Source: Bacilli bacterium
GTDB lineage: Bacteria > Bacillota_I > Bacilli_A > RF39 > UBA660
Direction of reading: 5' to 3'
Length of the DNA: 64,000 nt
NCBI GenBank assembly: GCA_017484065.1
Contig: JAFUTX010000009.1
Span: 23,952-87,951, forward strand
Within the stretch, counting starts at the first letter, position 1. Every line of letters starts with the position of its first letter. The notes beneath the pieces were generated by a model. It ran no database searches and had not been told where the DNA came from. It worked only from the letters and a program-made list of their open reading frames with translations. The translations under genes and the position numbers were made by a program. Positions 37,804-49,024 of the stretch are shown in pieces.

Positions 37804-39966
37804 TTAACTTGTCTTTAATAGAGATAAACTCACCTTTTGTTTATCAACATGTATTTCATCAACATAACAATCAACTATATCTCCAACACTTAATACATCA
37901 CTAGGATGTTTAATATATTTATCAGTTATTTTAGATATATGAACTAAACCATCATTATGTAATCCTATGTCAATAAATGCTCCAAAATCTACAACATTAC
38001 GAACTGTACCTTGTAATTTCATACCAACTTTTAAATCTTCAATGGATAATACATCACTTTTAAGTAGTGGTTGAGGCATTTCATCACGAGGGTCTCTATT
38101 AGGGCTTATTAATGATTTAATAATGTCTTCTAAAGTATATATATCTGTATTAAGTTTTTTAGAATATTCATTAATATCAATGTTTTCTAACTTTTTCTTT
38201 AAAGTATCAGTACCAATATCTTTTAAAGTTAAATCTAATTCTTTTAATAAATTAAGTGTTACTTCATAACTTTCAGGATGGATTCCTGTTTCATCTAATA
38301 TATTAGTACCTTCAGTAATTCTAAGAAAACCTATAGCTTGTTCAAAAACTTTATCACTAAGTAATTTTTTCTTCTTAATTTCATCTCTTGAGTTAATACG
38401 TCCATGTTCTTCACGATAATTAATAATCTTCTCGATATTTTTCTTAGTAATACCTGCTACATAAGAAAGTAACGAAGTTGAAGCAGTATTTATATTTACT
38501 CCAACACTATTAACAGTTTTACTAACAACAAAATCTAAACTTTCTTTTAAATTTTTTGCAGATACATCATGTTGATATAATCCAACACCAATTCCTTCTG
38601 GTGGTATCTTAACTAGTTCTGATAATGGATCTTGTAATCTTCTACCAATGCTTACAGCACTACGTTTCTCTACTTCTAAATCTGGGAATTCTGAAATTGC
38701 TAATTTAGAGGCACTATAAATAGATGCTCCGGCTTCACTAACAATAACATATTTACAATTCAAATTATATTCTTTTATTAATTCACTACAGAATTTCTCA
38801 CTTTCACGAGATGCAGTACCATTACCAATAGCAATTAAATCAACATGATATTTATTAATTAATGCTACTATTTCCATTTTATATCTTTTTAGTAAATCAT
38901 CATTTATATTTTTCAAGAAAGGTTTAATTACGGTTGAATCTAAATACTTACCATTCTTATCAACTACTGCTATTTTACAACCATTAACAAAACCAGGGTC
39001 AAACGCAAGAACAATCTTTTCTTTCATTGGAGGTTGTAAAAGTAAACTTTCTAAATTCTTACTGAAATTAGCTATTGCAACTTCATCAGCCTTCTCTTTT
39101 AGTTCTGCTCTAATCTCTCTTTCTATACTTGGATATATTAACCTAATTAAACTATCAGCTATAGCATCTTTAATCATCTCATTACATTCACTATTATCAT
39201 GTTTAATTACTTTTTCATTTAAAAAATCAATTATCTTATCTTTATCTACATCAATACTAATTGATAATACATTTTCTTTTTCACCACGATTCATTGCTAG
39301 TATTCTGTGAGATTTAACATATTTAACAGGTTCTTGATAAGAATAATACATCTCATAAGTCTTATTTTCATCATTAGCATTCTTTTTTATTTTAGATTCA
39401 ATCACACCATTTTTATAAACGTAACCTCTTATCCATTTACGATAATAAGAATTATCAGATACATATTCACTAATAATATATTTAGCACCAGTTAGCGCCT
39501 CTTCTATTGTTGGTACTTTATCATTTATATATTTACTAGCAATAGTTTTAATATTGTCTTTACCAGCCATTATTTGTTTAGCTAAAGGCTCTAATCCATT
39601 GTTAATAGCTTCAGTAGCTTTAGTCTTTTTCTTTTCTTTATATGGACGATATATATCTTCTATTTCAACCAACTTTTGGCATTTTAAAATACTATTTTTA
39701 ATTTCATCAGTTAACATACCCTTTTCATCGATTAACCTTATTACGTCTTCTTTTCTTTTTTGTAAATTAACTTGATAATCATATACCTCTCCTATTTTAC
39801 GTATTTGTTCTTCATCTAGATTACCAGTAGCATCTTTTCGATAACGTGCTATAAAAGGAATAGTATCACCATCTGCAAGCATTTTTAATGTAGTTTCTAC
39901 TTGCTTGGCACTAACTCCTAACTCTTTACTTATTTCTATAATAATATCATTGTTCACTTTGCACAC
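37804..39966 (-). CDS. tex: Transcription accessory protein Tex (YqgF/HhH/S1 domains)
   Basis: 720 aa. Characteristic Tex N-terminus ...VSAKQVETTLKMLADGDTIPFIARYRKDATGNL. C-terminal S1 domain. Confidence 0.9.
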   Translation of the reverse strand: MCKVNNDIIIEISKELGVSAKQVETTLKMLADGDTIPFIARYRKDATGNLDEEQIRKIGEVYDYQVNLQKRKEDVIRLIDEKGMLTDEIKNSILKCQKLVEIEDIYRPYKEKKKTKATEAINNGLEPLAKQIMAGKDNIKTIASKYINDKVPTIEEALTGAKYIISEYVSDNSYYRKWIRGYVYKNGVIESKIKKNANDENKTYEMYYSYQEPVKYVKSHRILAMNRGEKENVLSISIDVDKDKIIDFLNEKVIKHDNSECNEMIKDAIADSLIRLIYPSIEREIRAELKEKADEVAIANFSKNLESLLLQPPMKEKIVLAFDPGFVNGCKIAVVDKNGKYLDSTVIKPFLKNINDDLLKRYKMEIVALINKYHVDLIAIGNGTASRESEKFCSELIKEYNLNCKYVIVSEAGASIYSASKLAISEFPDLEVEKRSAVSIGRRLQDPLSELVKIPPEGIGVGLYQHDVSAKNLKESLDFVVSKTVNSVGVNINTASTSLLSYVAGITKKNIEKIINYREEHGRINSRDEIKKKKLLSDKVFEQAIGFLRITEGTNILDETGIHPESYEVTLNLLKELDLTLKDIGTDTLKKKLENIDINEYSKKLNTDIYTLEDIIKSLISPNRDPRDEMPQPLLKSDVLSIEDLKVGMKLQGTVRNVVDFGAFIDIGLHNDGLVHISKITDKYIKHPSDVLSVGDIVDCYVDEIHVDKQKVSLSLLKTS

Positions 39967-40150
39967 CTACTCTATAAATTTCATACTTATTTAGTATAAT
40001 TGATTGAAAAGTAGTTGTCAATTAACTATCACAAAAATTAAATATTAACAAACTATTTTGTTGCAAATGCAACACCAAGTGTTTTTTTGTTATAATGCTA
40101 TTCCATTTATTATTTTTAGTGGTATACTATTAAAATGGAGGTAGTAAAAT

Positions 40151-42385
40151 ATGAAGTATAATGAATGGAACAATTTTAAAGAAGGTAAATGGTGTAATGA
40201 AATAAACGTTAGTGACTTTATTTTAAATAACTATACTCCTTATAAAGGGGACGAAACCTTTTTAAGCAATAAAACTAATAAAACTGATAAAGTATGGAAA
40301 AAGTGTGAGACTTTATTAAAAGAGGAATTAAAAAAACATGTATTAGATATTGATGTAGATACAATGTCTGGTATTAATGCTTTTAAACCTGGATATATAG
40401 ATAAAGAAAATGAAGTTATTTTTGGACTTCAAACCGATGCTCCACTAAAAAGAATAATTAATCCTTATGGTGGAACTAGAATGGTTTACCAAGAATTAGA
40501 AGCTTATGGTTATAAACTTAATCCAGATGTAGATAAGTATTTTAATACATTTAGAAAAACTCATAATCAAGGTGTATTTGATGCTTATACTAATGATATT
40601 AGAGCTGCTAGACACGTAGGATTATTAACTGGTTTACCAGATGCTTATGGCCGTGGACGTATCATTGGTGATTATCGTCGTATTGCTTTATATGGTATTG
40701 ATTACTTAATGGAGCAAAAAAAGAATGAATGGGATAACGAAGTAATTGTTGAAATGAGTGAAGAAATCATTCGTAAACGTGAAGAGTTATCTATGCAATA
40801 CAAAGCTTTAGATGAAATAAAGAAAATGGCAGCTGGTTATGGATTTGATATTTCTAAACCTGCTAAAAACTCATTTGAAGCTGTTCAATGGACTTATTTT
40901 GGGTATTTAGCAGCTGTTAAAGAAAATAATGGTGCTGCTGAAAGTATTGGTCGTGTTGATGCATTCTTTGATATTTATTTTGAAAGAGATTTAGCAAATG
41001 GTGTAATTACTGAAGAACAAATCCAAGAATTAATCGATCAATTTGTAATTAAATTAAGACTAATTAGACATTTAAGAACTCCAGAATATGATGAATTATT
41101 CTCAGGAGATCCTACTTGGGTTACTTGTAGTTTAGGTGGTATGGCTTGTAATGGTGAAACTTTAGTTAATAAAACATCTTATAGAATATTACATACACTA
41201 ACTAACTTAGATCCTGCTCCAGAGCCTAACATGACAGTATTATATAGTGTTGATTTACCAGAAAATTACAAAAAATATTGTGCTAAAATGTCAATTAATA
41301 CAGATGCTGTACAATATGAAAATGATGATTTAATGCGCCCTATTTATGGTGATGATTATGCTATAGCTTGTTGTGTATCAGCAATGCGTGTAGGTCGTGA
41401 TATGCAATTTTTTGGAGCACGTTGTAATTTAGCTAAAGCACTACTTTATGCTATTAACGGTGGAGTTGATGAAGTTAAAGGCGGAGTTATCTTAAAAGAT
41501 ATTCCTAAAATAGAAGATGATATTTTAGATTATGAAAAAGTAAAAGACGCATATTTTAAAGTATTAGAGCGTGTTGCTAAAGTATATAGTGATGCAATGA
41601 ATATAATTCACTATATGCATGATAAATATGCTTATGAAGCAAGCCAAATGGCTTTACACGATACTGATGTTCATAGATATATGGCTTATGGTGTAGCTGG
41701 CTTATCTGTAGCAGCAGACTCTCTTTCAGCCATTAAACATGCTAAGGTTAAACCTATTCGTAACGAAGAAGGTATTGCAATAGATTTTCAAGTTGAAGGA
41801 GATTATCCTAAATATGGTAATGATGATGATCGTGTAGATAATATTGCAAAAGAAATTTTAGAAAAGATGGTAACTGAATTAAGAAAGCACAAAACATATC
41901 GTAATGCTGAAGTTACTATGTCTGTTCTAACTATTACTTCAAATGTAGTTTATGGTAGTAAAACTGGTTCTACTCCAGATGGTAGAAAAAAAGGTGTTGC
42001 ATTTGCTCCAGGTGCTAATCCAATGCATGGTAGAGATGCTAGTGGTGCACTTGCTAGCTTAAATTCAGTAGCTAAACTTGATTACGCTAATTGTTGTAAA
42101 GATGGTATATCTAATACTTTCTCTATAGTTCCTACTACATTAGGTACTGATATGCCAAATAGAATTGACAATTTAGTTGGATTACTAGATGGTTATTTTT
42201 CTCAAGGTGCACATCACTTAAATGTTAATGTTTTAAATCGTGAAACTTTAATTGATGCAATGAATAACCCCGATAAATACCCACTACTTACAATAAGAGT
42301 ATCTGGATACTCTGTAAGATTTAATCGTTTAACTAGAAAACAACAAGAAGAAGTTATAGCAAGAACCTTCCATGAAAAGATGTAA
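40151..42385 (+). CDS. pflB: Pyruvate formate-lyase (formate C-acetyltransferase)
   Basis: 744 aa. N-terminal ...[19 protein letters not shown]. Active-site Cys-Cys pair (MACNGE-type) and C-terminal glycyl-radical motif RVSGYSVRF. Confidence 0.95.
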   Translation: MKYNEWNNFKEGKWCNEINVSDFILNNYTPYKGDETFLSNKTNKTDKVWKKCETLLKEELKKHVLDIDVDTMSGINAFKPGYIDKENEVIFGLQTDAPLKRIINPYGGTRMVYQELEAYGYKLNPDVDKYFNTFRKTHNQGVFDAYTNDIRAARHVGLLTGLPDAYGRGRIIGDYRRIALYGIDYLMEQKKNEWDNEVIVEMSEEIIRKREELSMQYKALDEIKKMAAGYGFDISKPAKNSFEAVQWTYFGYLAAVKENNGAAESIGRVDAFFDIYFERDLANGVITEEQIQELIDQFVIKLRLIRHLRTPEYDELFSGDPTWVTCSLGGMACNGETLVNKTSYRILHTLTNLDPAPEPNMTVLYSVDLPENYKKYCAKMSINTDAVQYENDDLMRPIYGDDYAIACCVSAMRVGRDMQFFGARCNLAKALLYAINGGVDEVKGGVILKDIPKIEDDILDYEKVKDAYFKVLERVAKVYSDAMNIIHYMHDKYAYEASQMALHDTDVHRYMAYGVAGLSVAADSLSAIKHAKVKPIRNEEGIAIDFQVEGDYPKYGNDDDRVDNIAKEILEKMVTELRKHKTYRNAEVTMSVLTITSNVVYGSKTGSTPDGRKKGVAFAPGANPMHGRDASGALASLNSVAKLDYANCCKDGISNTFSIVPTTLGTDMPNRIDNLVGLLDGYFSQGAHHLNVNVLNRETLIDAMNNPDKYPLLTIRVSGYSVRFNRLTRKQQEEVIARTFHEKM

Positions 42386-42387
42386 TT

Positions 42388-43107
42388 ATGAAAGGTAGTA
42401 TTGCTTCGATTGAAACCTTTGGGCTTGTAGATGGTCCAGGTATTAGAACTGTCGTATTCTTAAATGGTTGTACACTTCGCTGTAAATATTGTCATAATCC
42501 AGAAATGTTTGCTATGCAACAAATGAACTATACTTCAGAAGAATTAGTAGAAAAGATTTTACGTTTTAAACCATATTTTAAAAGAAATAATGGTGGAGTT
42601 ACTTTCTCCGGAGGAGAAGCTCTATTACAAGTTGATTTTCTGATTGAAGTATGTAAATTATTAAAAAAAGAAAATATTCATATTGCTTTAGATACCGCCG
42701 GAGTTGGTGTTGGCAAATATGAAGAATTACTTAAATACATAGATTTAATTTTATTTGATGTTAAACATACTGACCACGATAAATATAAAGAACTAACTGG
42801 TCGTGATGATAGTGAAAGTTTCAAGTTTTTGAGTGTTGCTAACAAACTTAATAAAGATTTTTGGATTAGGCAAGTAATTGTACCAGGTCTTATGGATAAC
42901 CATGAATATTTAATTAGTTTAAATGAATATTTAAATAAGAATATTAAAAATGTAAAAAGAGTTGACTTTCTACCCTATCACAAATTAGGTAGTGAAAAAT
43001 ATGAAAAATTAGGCATACCATACCCTTATAAAGATAAACCTGAAATGGATAAAGATAAATGCAATAAGCTATATGAAGATTTTATGAAAATCTATAAAAA
43101 TAACTAG
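42388..43107 (+). CDS. pflA: Pyruvate formate-lyase activating enzyme (radical SAM)
   Basis: 239 aa. CxxxCxxC cluster (CTLRCKYCHNPE). Immediately downstream of pflB. Confidence 0.9.
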   Translation: MKGSIASIETFGLVDGPGIRTVVFLNGCTLRCKYCHNPEMFAMQQMNYTSEELVEKILRFKPYFKRNNGGVTFSGGEALLQVDFLIEVCKLLKKENIHIALDTAGVGVGKYEELLKYIDLILFDVKHTDHDKYKELTGRDDSESFKFLSVANKLNKDFWIRQVIVPGLMDNHEYLISLNEYLNKNIKNVKRVDFLPYHKLGSEKYEKLGIPYPYKDKPEMDKDKCNKLYEDFMKIYKNN

Positions 43108-43135
43108 TTCAAAAATGAACTAGTTATTTTATTTG
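43104..43135. terminator. Bidirectional terminator between pflA and the convergent 88-aa gene
   Basis: CTAGTTCA-aaaa-TGAACTAG palindrome followed by TTATTTTATTT. Confidence 0.55.
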
Positions 43136-43402
43136 TTAATACATATATTTATAAATAAAGAATACTACTAAGATGAGAATCACTAATATAGATATAATAG
43201 CAAGTATTGCTCCTATACTACTTTGTTTATCATGATTTTCATAATTATAATTTTGATTATATATTTTATTAACAGGATTAATATTGTTATCTTTATTAAA
43301 TTGTTTTTGAAATTCTATTTGATCTTGACTCATCATTGCACCACAACCGCGACATATATAACTATTATTTGGTAATGCAGCACCACACTTCTTACATTGC
43401 AT
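43136..43402 (-). CDS. Small zinc-ribbon membrane protein
   Basis: 88 aa. CxxC...CxxC (CKKCGA...CRGCGA) then a C-terminal TM helix. Confidence 0.4.
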   Translation of the reverse strand: MQCKKCGAALPNNSYICRGCGAMMSQDQIEFQKQFNKDNNINPVNKIYNQNYNYENHDKQSSIGAILAIISILVILILVVFFIYKYMY

Positions 43403-43407
43403 TTATT

Positions 43408-44037
43408 TTACTCCTTTTCAGCTTTTAAATAATTTATTTTTATACCTTTACTACTAAACTTATCTTCATATTCCGTAGTTTCATTATCAATCTCACTATT
43501 AGCTAAATCTAAAGATATTTCAGTTATTTTATATCCCGCTTGATTTAAATTTACTATACTACTCTCAAATAACCCAACATTATCAGTTTTTTGTCTTATA
43601 ATCTTTTTATCAACAAATATATTTTCATAGCTTTTTAAATAAGTACCACTAGTTAATCTTCTTTCACTGTGTCTAGTTTTAGGCCATGGATCTGAAAAAT
43701 TAAGATATAAACAACTTATATTATGATTAAATATTTTACTAACATCAATAGCATCCATGTTAATAACTCTAATATTATTAATCTCATAATCATTAATTTT
43801 ATTAATTGCCCTTGCTAAAACATTTTCATATTTTTCAATACCAATAAAATTTATATTAGGATATTTCATTGCCATTTTAATTAAAAATTGCCCTTTGCCC
43901 ATACCTATTTCTAAATGAATTGGATTATCATTATCAAATAGTGTACAAACATCTAAATTATCTATATCTTTAATTAAATAATTGCAATTACTAATTATTT
44001 CATCTTTATTTTTTAAATTTCTAAGTCGCATAAACAA
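43408..44037 (-). CDS. trmB: tRNA (guanine46-N7)-methyltransferase
   Basis: 209 aa. The SAM-binding HLEIGMGKGQF motif and overall length fit TrmB. Confidence 0.8.
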   Translation of the reverse strand: MFMRLRNLKNKDEIISNCNYLIKDIDNLDVCTLFDNDNPIHLEIGMGKGQFLIKMAMKYPNINFIGIEKYENVLARAINKINDYEINNIRVINMDAIDVSKIFNHNISCLYLNFSDPWPKTRHSERRLTSGTYLKSYENIFVDKKIIRQKTDNVGLFESSIVNLNQAGYKITEISLDLANSEIDNETTEYEDKFSSKGIKINYLKAEKE

Positions 44038-44089
44038 TCACTACTTTCTTAAAATAAACATATAATAGAATTGTAAGGGAGGAAATCTC

Positions 44090-44431
44090 ATGAAGAAGAA
44101 TCGTAATGCTTTCTTTAGTGAAGCACAAATGAGTACACAAAGTTATTATCCGCAACAACCTATTATGATGAACCAAGCTGCACCTTATCAAGCAGCACAA
44201 TCAAGTCAAAGTTTCTATGCTGGACCTAGCATACCAGCTAATTACAATAATCAACCTAACAATACTAATTATGGTTATGATTATTCTACTACAAATGATA
44301 TAGAAACTAGATTATCTAAGATTGAGCGCCAGCTAAATAGAATAGATGCCAGATTAAATAAACTTGAATCTAATACATATTATACTACAGATATAACTGA
44401 AAACTCAAATACTTCATTATATATGGTCTAA
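44090..44431 (+). CDS. Hypothetical Gln/Asn/Tyr-rich protein with C-terminal coiled coil
   Basis: GGGAGG RBS before the ATG. Low-complexity N-terminal half. RLSKIERQLNRIDARLNKLE heptad region. Confidence 0.45.
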   Translation: MKKNRNAFFSEAQMSTQSYYPQQPIMMNQAAPYQAAQSSQSFYAGPSIPANYNNQPNNTNYGYDYSTTNDIETRLSKIERQLNRIDARLNKLESNTYYTTDITENSNTSLYMV

Positions 44432-44452
44432 CTTACTTTAAGGTAAGTTTTT

Positions 44453-44623
44453 TTAACTATAGATTATCATAGCTGAAAAACAATATATTTGTTCTTCACT
44501 AAACATTGAAATAGATACTTGATATTTAATATCTATAACTTCTCCACTTAACTTTGATAGGAACTCATTTATTTTTTGTTCTAGATCTTTTTCATGACTT
44601 TCATCAAATATTTTAACTTTCAT
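44453..44623 (-). CDS. Cse60-like small sporulation protein
   Basis: The segment MKVKIFDESHEKDLEQKINEFL resembles the Cse60/YteV family (approx 60 aa). GGTGA RBS before the ATG at 44623. Confidence 0.45.
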   Translation of the reverse strand: MKVKIFDESHEKDLEQKINEFLSKLSGEVIDIKYQVSISMFSEEQIYCFSAMIIYS

Positions 44624-44683
44624 TATAATCACCAATTATATTGTAATACATGAGTATTAAAAAAAATGTCGAATTAAGACATT

Positions 44684-45802
44684 TTAGTTAAAATTAAATG
44701 AATTTAATATTATTTCATTATCATTTTCACAGTTACTTTCATTTTGATAATCAAATTCATAGAAATACAATTTATCATTATGAACTGATGTATAGTATTT
44801 CTTATTAGTATATTTTTCACTAGTTAGGTTAGTGTTATACCAAGTAATACTATTATAATCAACTGTAGTAATATCACTACTTTTATAATAATCTTCATTA
44901 TTATCAGTGTAACTTTGTAACCAACTAGTTGCAGCATTATCTGTAAATACTGGATAACTACTAATATTAAATGAACAAGAATTATTTTTAGTTCGATAAT
45001 ATTTAAAATTTTTAATACTACTATTATAGATAGTATATCCAGCAGGTACTTTATAGTTTAACTCATCTATTTTAGCATCCTCTTCACTAGTTTTGTATTC
45101 ATCATCATAATCATCATCGTAATCATCATCGTAATCGTAATCATATTCTATACCGTATTTGTTAAGGTAATCTTCTATTTTTTTACTAGAAGATGAATTG
45201 TAACCATCTATAATACCAACTGTAAACAAAAATACTAAGAAAACAATTATTAAAATAATAAATACCATCCATAAAACGCCAAGAATAACAGGAGCTGCTA
45301 TATTAGTACCACCCTTTTTAGCACAAATACTCTCTAGTTCGCTTGTTGGTAATCCGTGATTACTATTTTTTATTTGATTTACTCTATTCTTTACTTGGTT
45401 TAAATAAATATCTTTAAATTTAATACTAATAACTAAATGTAAAACAAATATTGCTAATGTACCCATTCCTCCAAATAACAATGCAAAAAATGGAATTACT
45501 ATCATTATTAGGAATGCAAACAAATATAGCTTACGATACAAGAAGTAAAATCCTCTTAAGAAAAAATATGGTACTGAAAAAGATGTATTCATTATTTTTT
45601 CATAGTTAGGACCTATATAAGCTTTAATTAATCTTTCATCATCAGTTAAATAATCATTACTAGTTTGTGGATTATTATTAATTTCTTTATCTTCTACTTT
45701 TACTTCACTAGTTATATTCTCATACATTAAATTAGCTCCACAATTTTGACAGAATTTATCTCCGGGTTTTATATTTTCATTATCACAATATCGACATTTC
45801 AT
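44684..45802 (-). CDS. Zinc-ribbon plus TM protein with acidic DY repeat
   Basis: Probable start MKCRYCDNEN... (CxxC...CxxC) after an AGAGGT RBS. Two TM helices. DYDYDDDYDDDYDDEY tract. Confidence 0.45.
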   Translation of the reverse strand: MKCRYCDNENIKPGDKFCQNCGANLMYENITSEVKVEDKEINNNPQTSNDYLTDDERLIKAYIGPNYEKIMNTSFSVPYFFLRGFYFLYRKLYLFAFLIMIVIPFFALLFGGMGTLAIFVLHLVISIKFKDIYLNQVKNRVNQIKNSNHGLPTSELESICAKKGGTNIAAPVILGVLWMVFIILIIVFLVFLFTVGIIDGYNSSSSKKIEDYLNKYGIEYDYDYDDDYDDDYDDEYKTSEEDAKIDELNYKVPAGYTIYNSSIKNFKYYRTKNNSCSFNISSYPVFTDNAATSWLQSYTDNNEDYYKSSDITTVDYNSITWYNTNLTSEKYTNKKYYTSVHNDKLYFYEFDYQNESNCENDNEIILNSFNFN

Positions 45803-45895
45803 CACTAATACCTCTTTCTCTTTTAATATAATATCATACTTTTTAAAATATATGAAAAAAACATAATAAATAGAAAAAGAGATTATCAATAATCT

Positions 45896-48310
45896 CTATT
45901 TAACTACTATATTAACTATTTTCTTAGGAACATAAATAAATTTGACAATATTTAATCCCTCAGTGTATTTAGTTACATTTTCTAATTTTAATACTTTTTC
46001 TTTAACAGTTTCACTATCATCGTCATCATTAACTTCAATTTCTGCTCTTAATTTACCATTGACTTGAACTCCAACTGTAACTACTGTATCTATAGTTTTG
46101 TCTTCATCATAAGTTGGCCATGGTTCATTAACTATTGAATTGTTATGCCCTAATTTTTCCCATATTTCTTCAGTAATAAATGGTGTAATTGGATTTAATA
46201 ATTTAACAAAACCTTCAGCATAATCCCTTGGTAATACTTCTTCTTTGTAAACAGCATTAATAAAAATCATTAACTGACTAATAGCGGTATTAAAACTTAA
46301 CTTTTCAAAATCTTCAGTAACTTTTTTAACTGTTTGATGATATACCTTTTCTAAATTTTTATTTTCTTTATCTTGAATTTTATCACTTTCATATACACGC
46401 CATACTCTTTCCAAGAACTTTTTAGAGGCTTCTACCCCTTCATCACTCCATGGTTTATCAGCTTCAATAGGCCCCATAAACATTTCATATAATCTTAAAG
46501 TATCAGCACCATAATCTCTAATAATATCACTTGGATTTATACAATATTTAGGGAATCTTTTACCCATTTTAATACCATTTGCTCCTAAAATCATTCCTTG
46601 ATGAACTAATTTTTGGAATGGTTCTTCTACTGGAGAAATTCCTTTTTCATATAAGTATTTATTCCACATTCTAGAATATAGTAAGTGTCCTACTGCATGT
46701 TCAGGTCCACCCATATACAAATCTACTGGCATCCAATATTTAAGTAATTCTTTATCAGCTAACTCTTCGTTATTATGAGGATCAATATATCTTAAGAAAT
46801 ACCAGCTTGACCCTGCTGAACCAGGCATTGTAGATGTTTCTCTTTTTCCTTTTTTACCGTTGTAAGTAATATTAACCCAATCTAGAGCTTTAGATAAAGG
46901 AGAAGAACCGGTCTTACTTGGTGAATAGTCTTGTAATTCTGGTAATACTAATGGTAAATCTTTATCATCTAATACTCCAATAGTACCATCTTCATAATGA
47001 ATTATAGGAATAGGTTCACCCCAATATCTTTGACGAGCAAATATCCAATCTCTTAAACGATAATTATTCTTTTTACGACCTACTCTTAAATCAATTACTT
47101 TATTAGTAATAGCCTCTTTAGCGTCTAGTACATTCATTCCACTAAATTCTTCTGAATTAATTAATTTATAGTTTTTATTTAAATAATCTTGCTTTTCAAA
47201 GGCATGTTCTTCTATAGACTCACCATCAATTACTTGAATTATTGGAATATTATAAACTTTAGCATACTCATAATCTCTTTGATCATGCGCAGGTACAGCC
47301 ATAACTGCCCCTGTTCCGTAACTAGCTAAAACAAAGTCACCAATATAAATAGGTACTTCTTTATTATTAACTGGATTAATAGCATAAATACCTTTTAAAG
47401 GACATCCTGTTTTTTCTTTATTAAGTTCAGTACGATCTAAATCAGATTTTTTAGCAGTTTCTTCACGATATTTTACTACCTCATCCCAGTTTTCGATTCT
47501 ATCTTTTAATTCATCAATAAGCTTATTTTCTGGAGCTAATACCATAAATGTAATACCATAGATGGTTTCTATACAAGTTGTAAAAATTGAGAAGGAACCT
47601 CCACCAACAATATTAAAATCAACCTCTACTCCAGTAGATTTACCTATCCAATTTCTTTGGATTTCTTTAGTAGATTCTGGCCAATCAAGACTATCTAATC
47701 CTTCTAATAATTTATCAGCATATCTTGGTATATCTATTACCCATTGCTTCATATTTTTACGAACTACAGGAAATCCTCCACGTTCACTTTTACCATCAAT
47801 TATTTCATCATTAGCTAGTACTGTACCTAATTCTTCACACCAGTTAACTGGCATATCTTTATATTCTGCTAAACCATCTTCATATAATTTTTTAAATATC
47901 CATTGTGTCCATTTATAATAATTAGGTTCACAAGTTGATACTTCTTTATCCCAATCATAAGATAAACCTACTTCTCTTAGTTGACGTTTAAAAGTTTTTA
48001 TATTGTCAATTGTAAAGCCACTTGGATGGTTACCAGTTTTAATAGCATATTGTTCTGCAGGTAACCCAAATGAATCAAATCCCATTGGATGTAATACATT
48101 GTATCCTTGCATTCTTTTCATTCTAGCAATTATATCAGTAGCAGTATATCCTTCAATATGACCACAATGTAAAGCTACCCCTGATGGATAAGGAAACATA
48201 TCTAAAACATAGTATTTAGGTTTGCTAAAATCATGGACATCAGTTCTAAAAGCATCTATTTCTTCCCATTTATTTTTCCATTTATCTTCTATTTCTTTGT
48301 AATTATACAC
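45896..48310 (-). CDS. leuS: Leucyl-tRNA synthetase
   Basis: 804 aa. Class I HIGH-type (HCGH at the HIGH position) and KMGKR motifs, CP1 editing domain. AAGGA RBS. Start overlaps the stop of the upstream small ORF. Confidence 0.95.
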   Translation of the reverse strand: MYNYKEIEDKWKNKWEEIDAFRTDVHDFSKPKYYVLDMFPYPSGVALHCGHIEGYTATDIIARMKRMQGYNVLHPMGFDSFGLPAEQYAIKTGNHPSGFTIDNIKTFKRQLREVGLSYDWDKEVSTCEPNYYKWTQWIFKKLYEDGLAEYKDMPVNWCEELGTVLANDEIIDGKSERGGFPVVRKNMKQWVIDIPRYADKLLEGLDSLDWPESTKEIQRNWIGKSTGVEVDFNIVGGGSFSIFTTCIETIYGITFMVLAPENKLIDELKDRIENWDEVVKYREETAKKSDLDRTELNKEKTGCPLKGIYAINPVNNKEVPIYIGDFVLASYGTGAVMAVPAHDQRDYEYAKVYNIPIIQVIDGESIEEHAFEKQDYLNKNYKLINSEEFSGMNVLDAKEAITNKVIDLRVGRKKNNYRLRDWIFARQRYWGEPIPIIHYEDGTIGVLDDKDLPLVLPELQDYSPSKTGSSPLSKALDWVNITYNGKKGKRETSTMPGSAGSSWYFLRYIDPHNNEELADKELLKYWMPVDLYMGGPEHAVGHLLYSRMWNKYLYEKGISPVEEPFQKLVHQGMILGANGIKMGKRFPKYCINPSDIIRDYGADTLRLYEMFMGPIEADKPWSDEGVEASKKFLERVWRVYESDKIQDKENKNLEKVYHQTVKKVTEDFEKLSFNTAISQLMIFINAVYKEEVLPRDYAEGFVKLLNPITPFITEEIWEKLGHNNSIVNEPWPTYDEDKTIDTVVTVGVQVNGKLRAEIEVNDDDDSETVKEKVLKLENVTKYTEGLNIVKFIYVPKKIVNIVVK

Positions 48311-48747
48311 TATTTATCCTTCTTTCTTTTTGTTGTTTTCTTGATTTTCTTTTCTTCTTTTTTCTCATATCCTTTACTTATTAAGATATTACCATATATA
48401 TCATATATAGCGTAAATGAGTAAGAAAAGTAATACAAATCCAATAGACAGTTGCCATAGGATATGTAAATTAACAAAATTAATTACTGTAGATACTGTTG
48501 CAATAATGATTGAATCTAATGTAGCAATAATAATCATATGCTTCTTATTAAGTAATTTAGATTTATCAATATTTTTACGAACAGTTAAATAATTAACTTC
48601 CATTATTTCATATTCTTTTTTATTTCTTTTACTCTTATTTTTCAGTATTTTATTTAATTTATTACAATATATAATGTAAATTGCGATAAAAAGTATAATA
48701 AATACTATTAAGAAAAAATAAATATTAAATTCTACAGTGTTATCCAT
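48310..48747 (-). CDS. Small membrane protein with Lys-rich C-terminus, between the T-box and leuS
   Basis: 145 aa. Three TM helices and a KKEEKKIKKTTKRKKDK tail. Stop overlaps the leuS start (ATGA-type). Confidence 0.45.
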   Translation of the reverse strand: MDNTVEFNIYFFLIVFIILFIAIYIIYCNKLNKILKNKSKRNKKEYEIMEVNYLTVRKNIDKSKLLNKKHMIIIATLDSIIIATVSTVINFVNLHILWQLSIGFVLLFLLIYAIYDIYGNILISKGYEKKEEKKIKKTTKRKKDK

Positions 48748-48764
48748 AAAGTAACCTTCTTTCT

Positions 48765-48965
48765 AAAATAAAAACACGACATAACTCATCTTAAGGACGA
48801 AAGGACGAATTAGCCGTGGTACCACCTTATTTTCTAGTATGAACTAGCTCTATTCTCTTATAAGGGTGAGAAACCCAGAACAATCCAAAAGCAAGTTCAT
48901 AAATTCTTTATTGTTAATTTCCACCAACCATTAACTCTCTTTAAATAAATCCTTTACTAATACTC
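48765..48965 (-). promoter_or_regulatory. T-box riboswitch leader (Leu specifier CUU) upstream of the small ORF and leuS
   Basis: Minus-strand RNA carries AAUAAGGUGGUACCACGG. Terminator ...GUCGUG + UUUUUAUUUU. Specifier loop gaaCUUG. Putative promoter TTGTAT-17-TATAAT at approx 48980-49008. Confidence 0.75.
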
Positions 48966-49024
48966 TTTTTTCATCTGCCATTAAATGTATTATAATTGAT
49001 TTATTAAGAAAATACAAGAGTGTT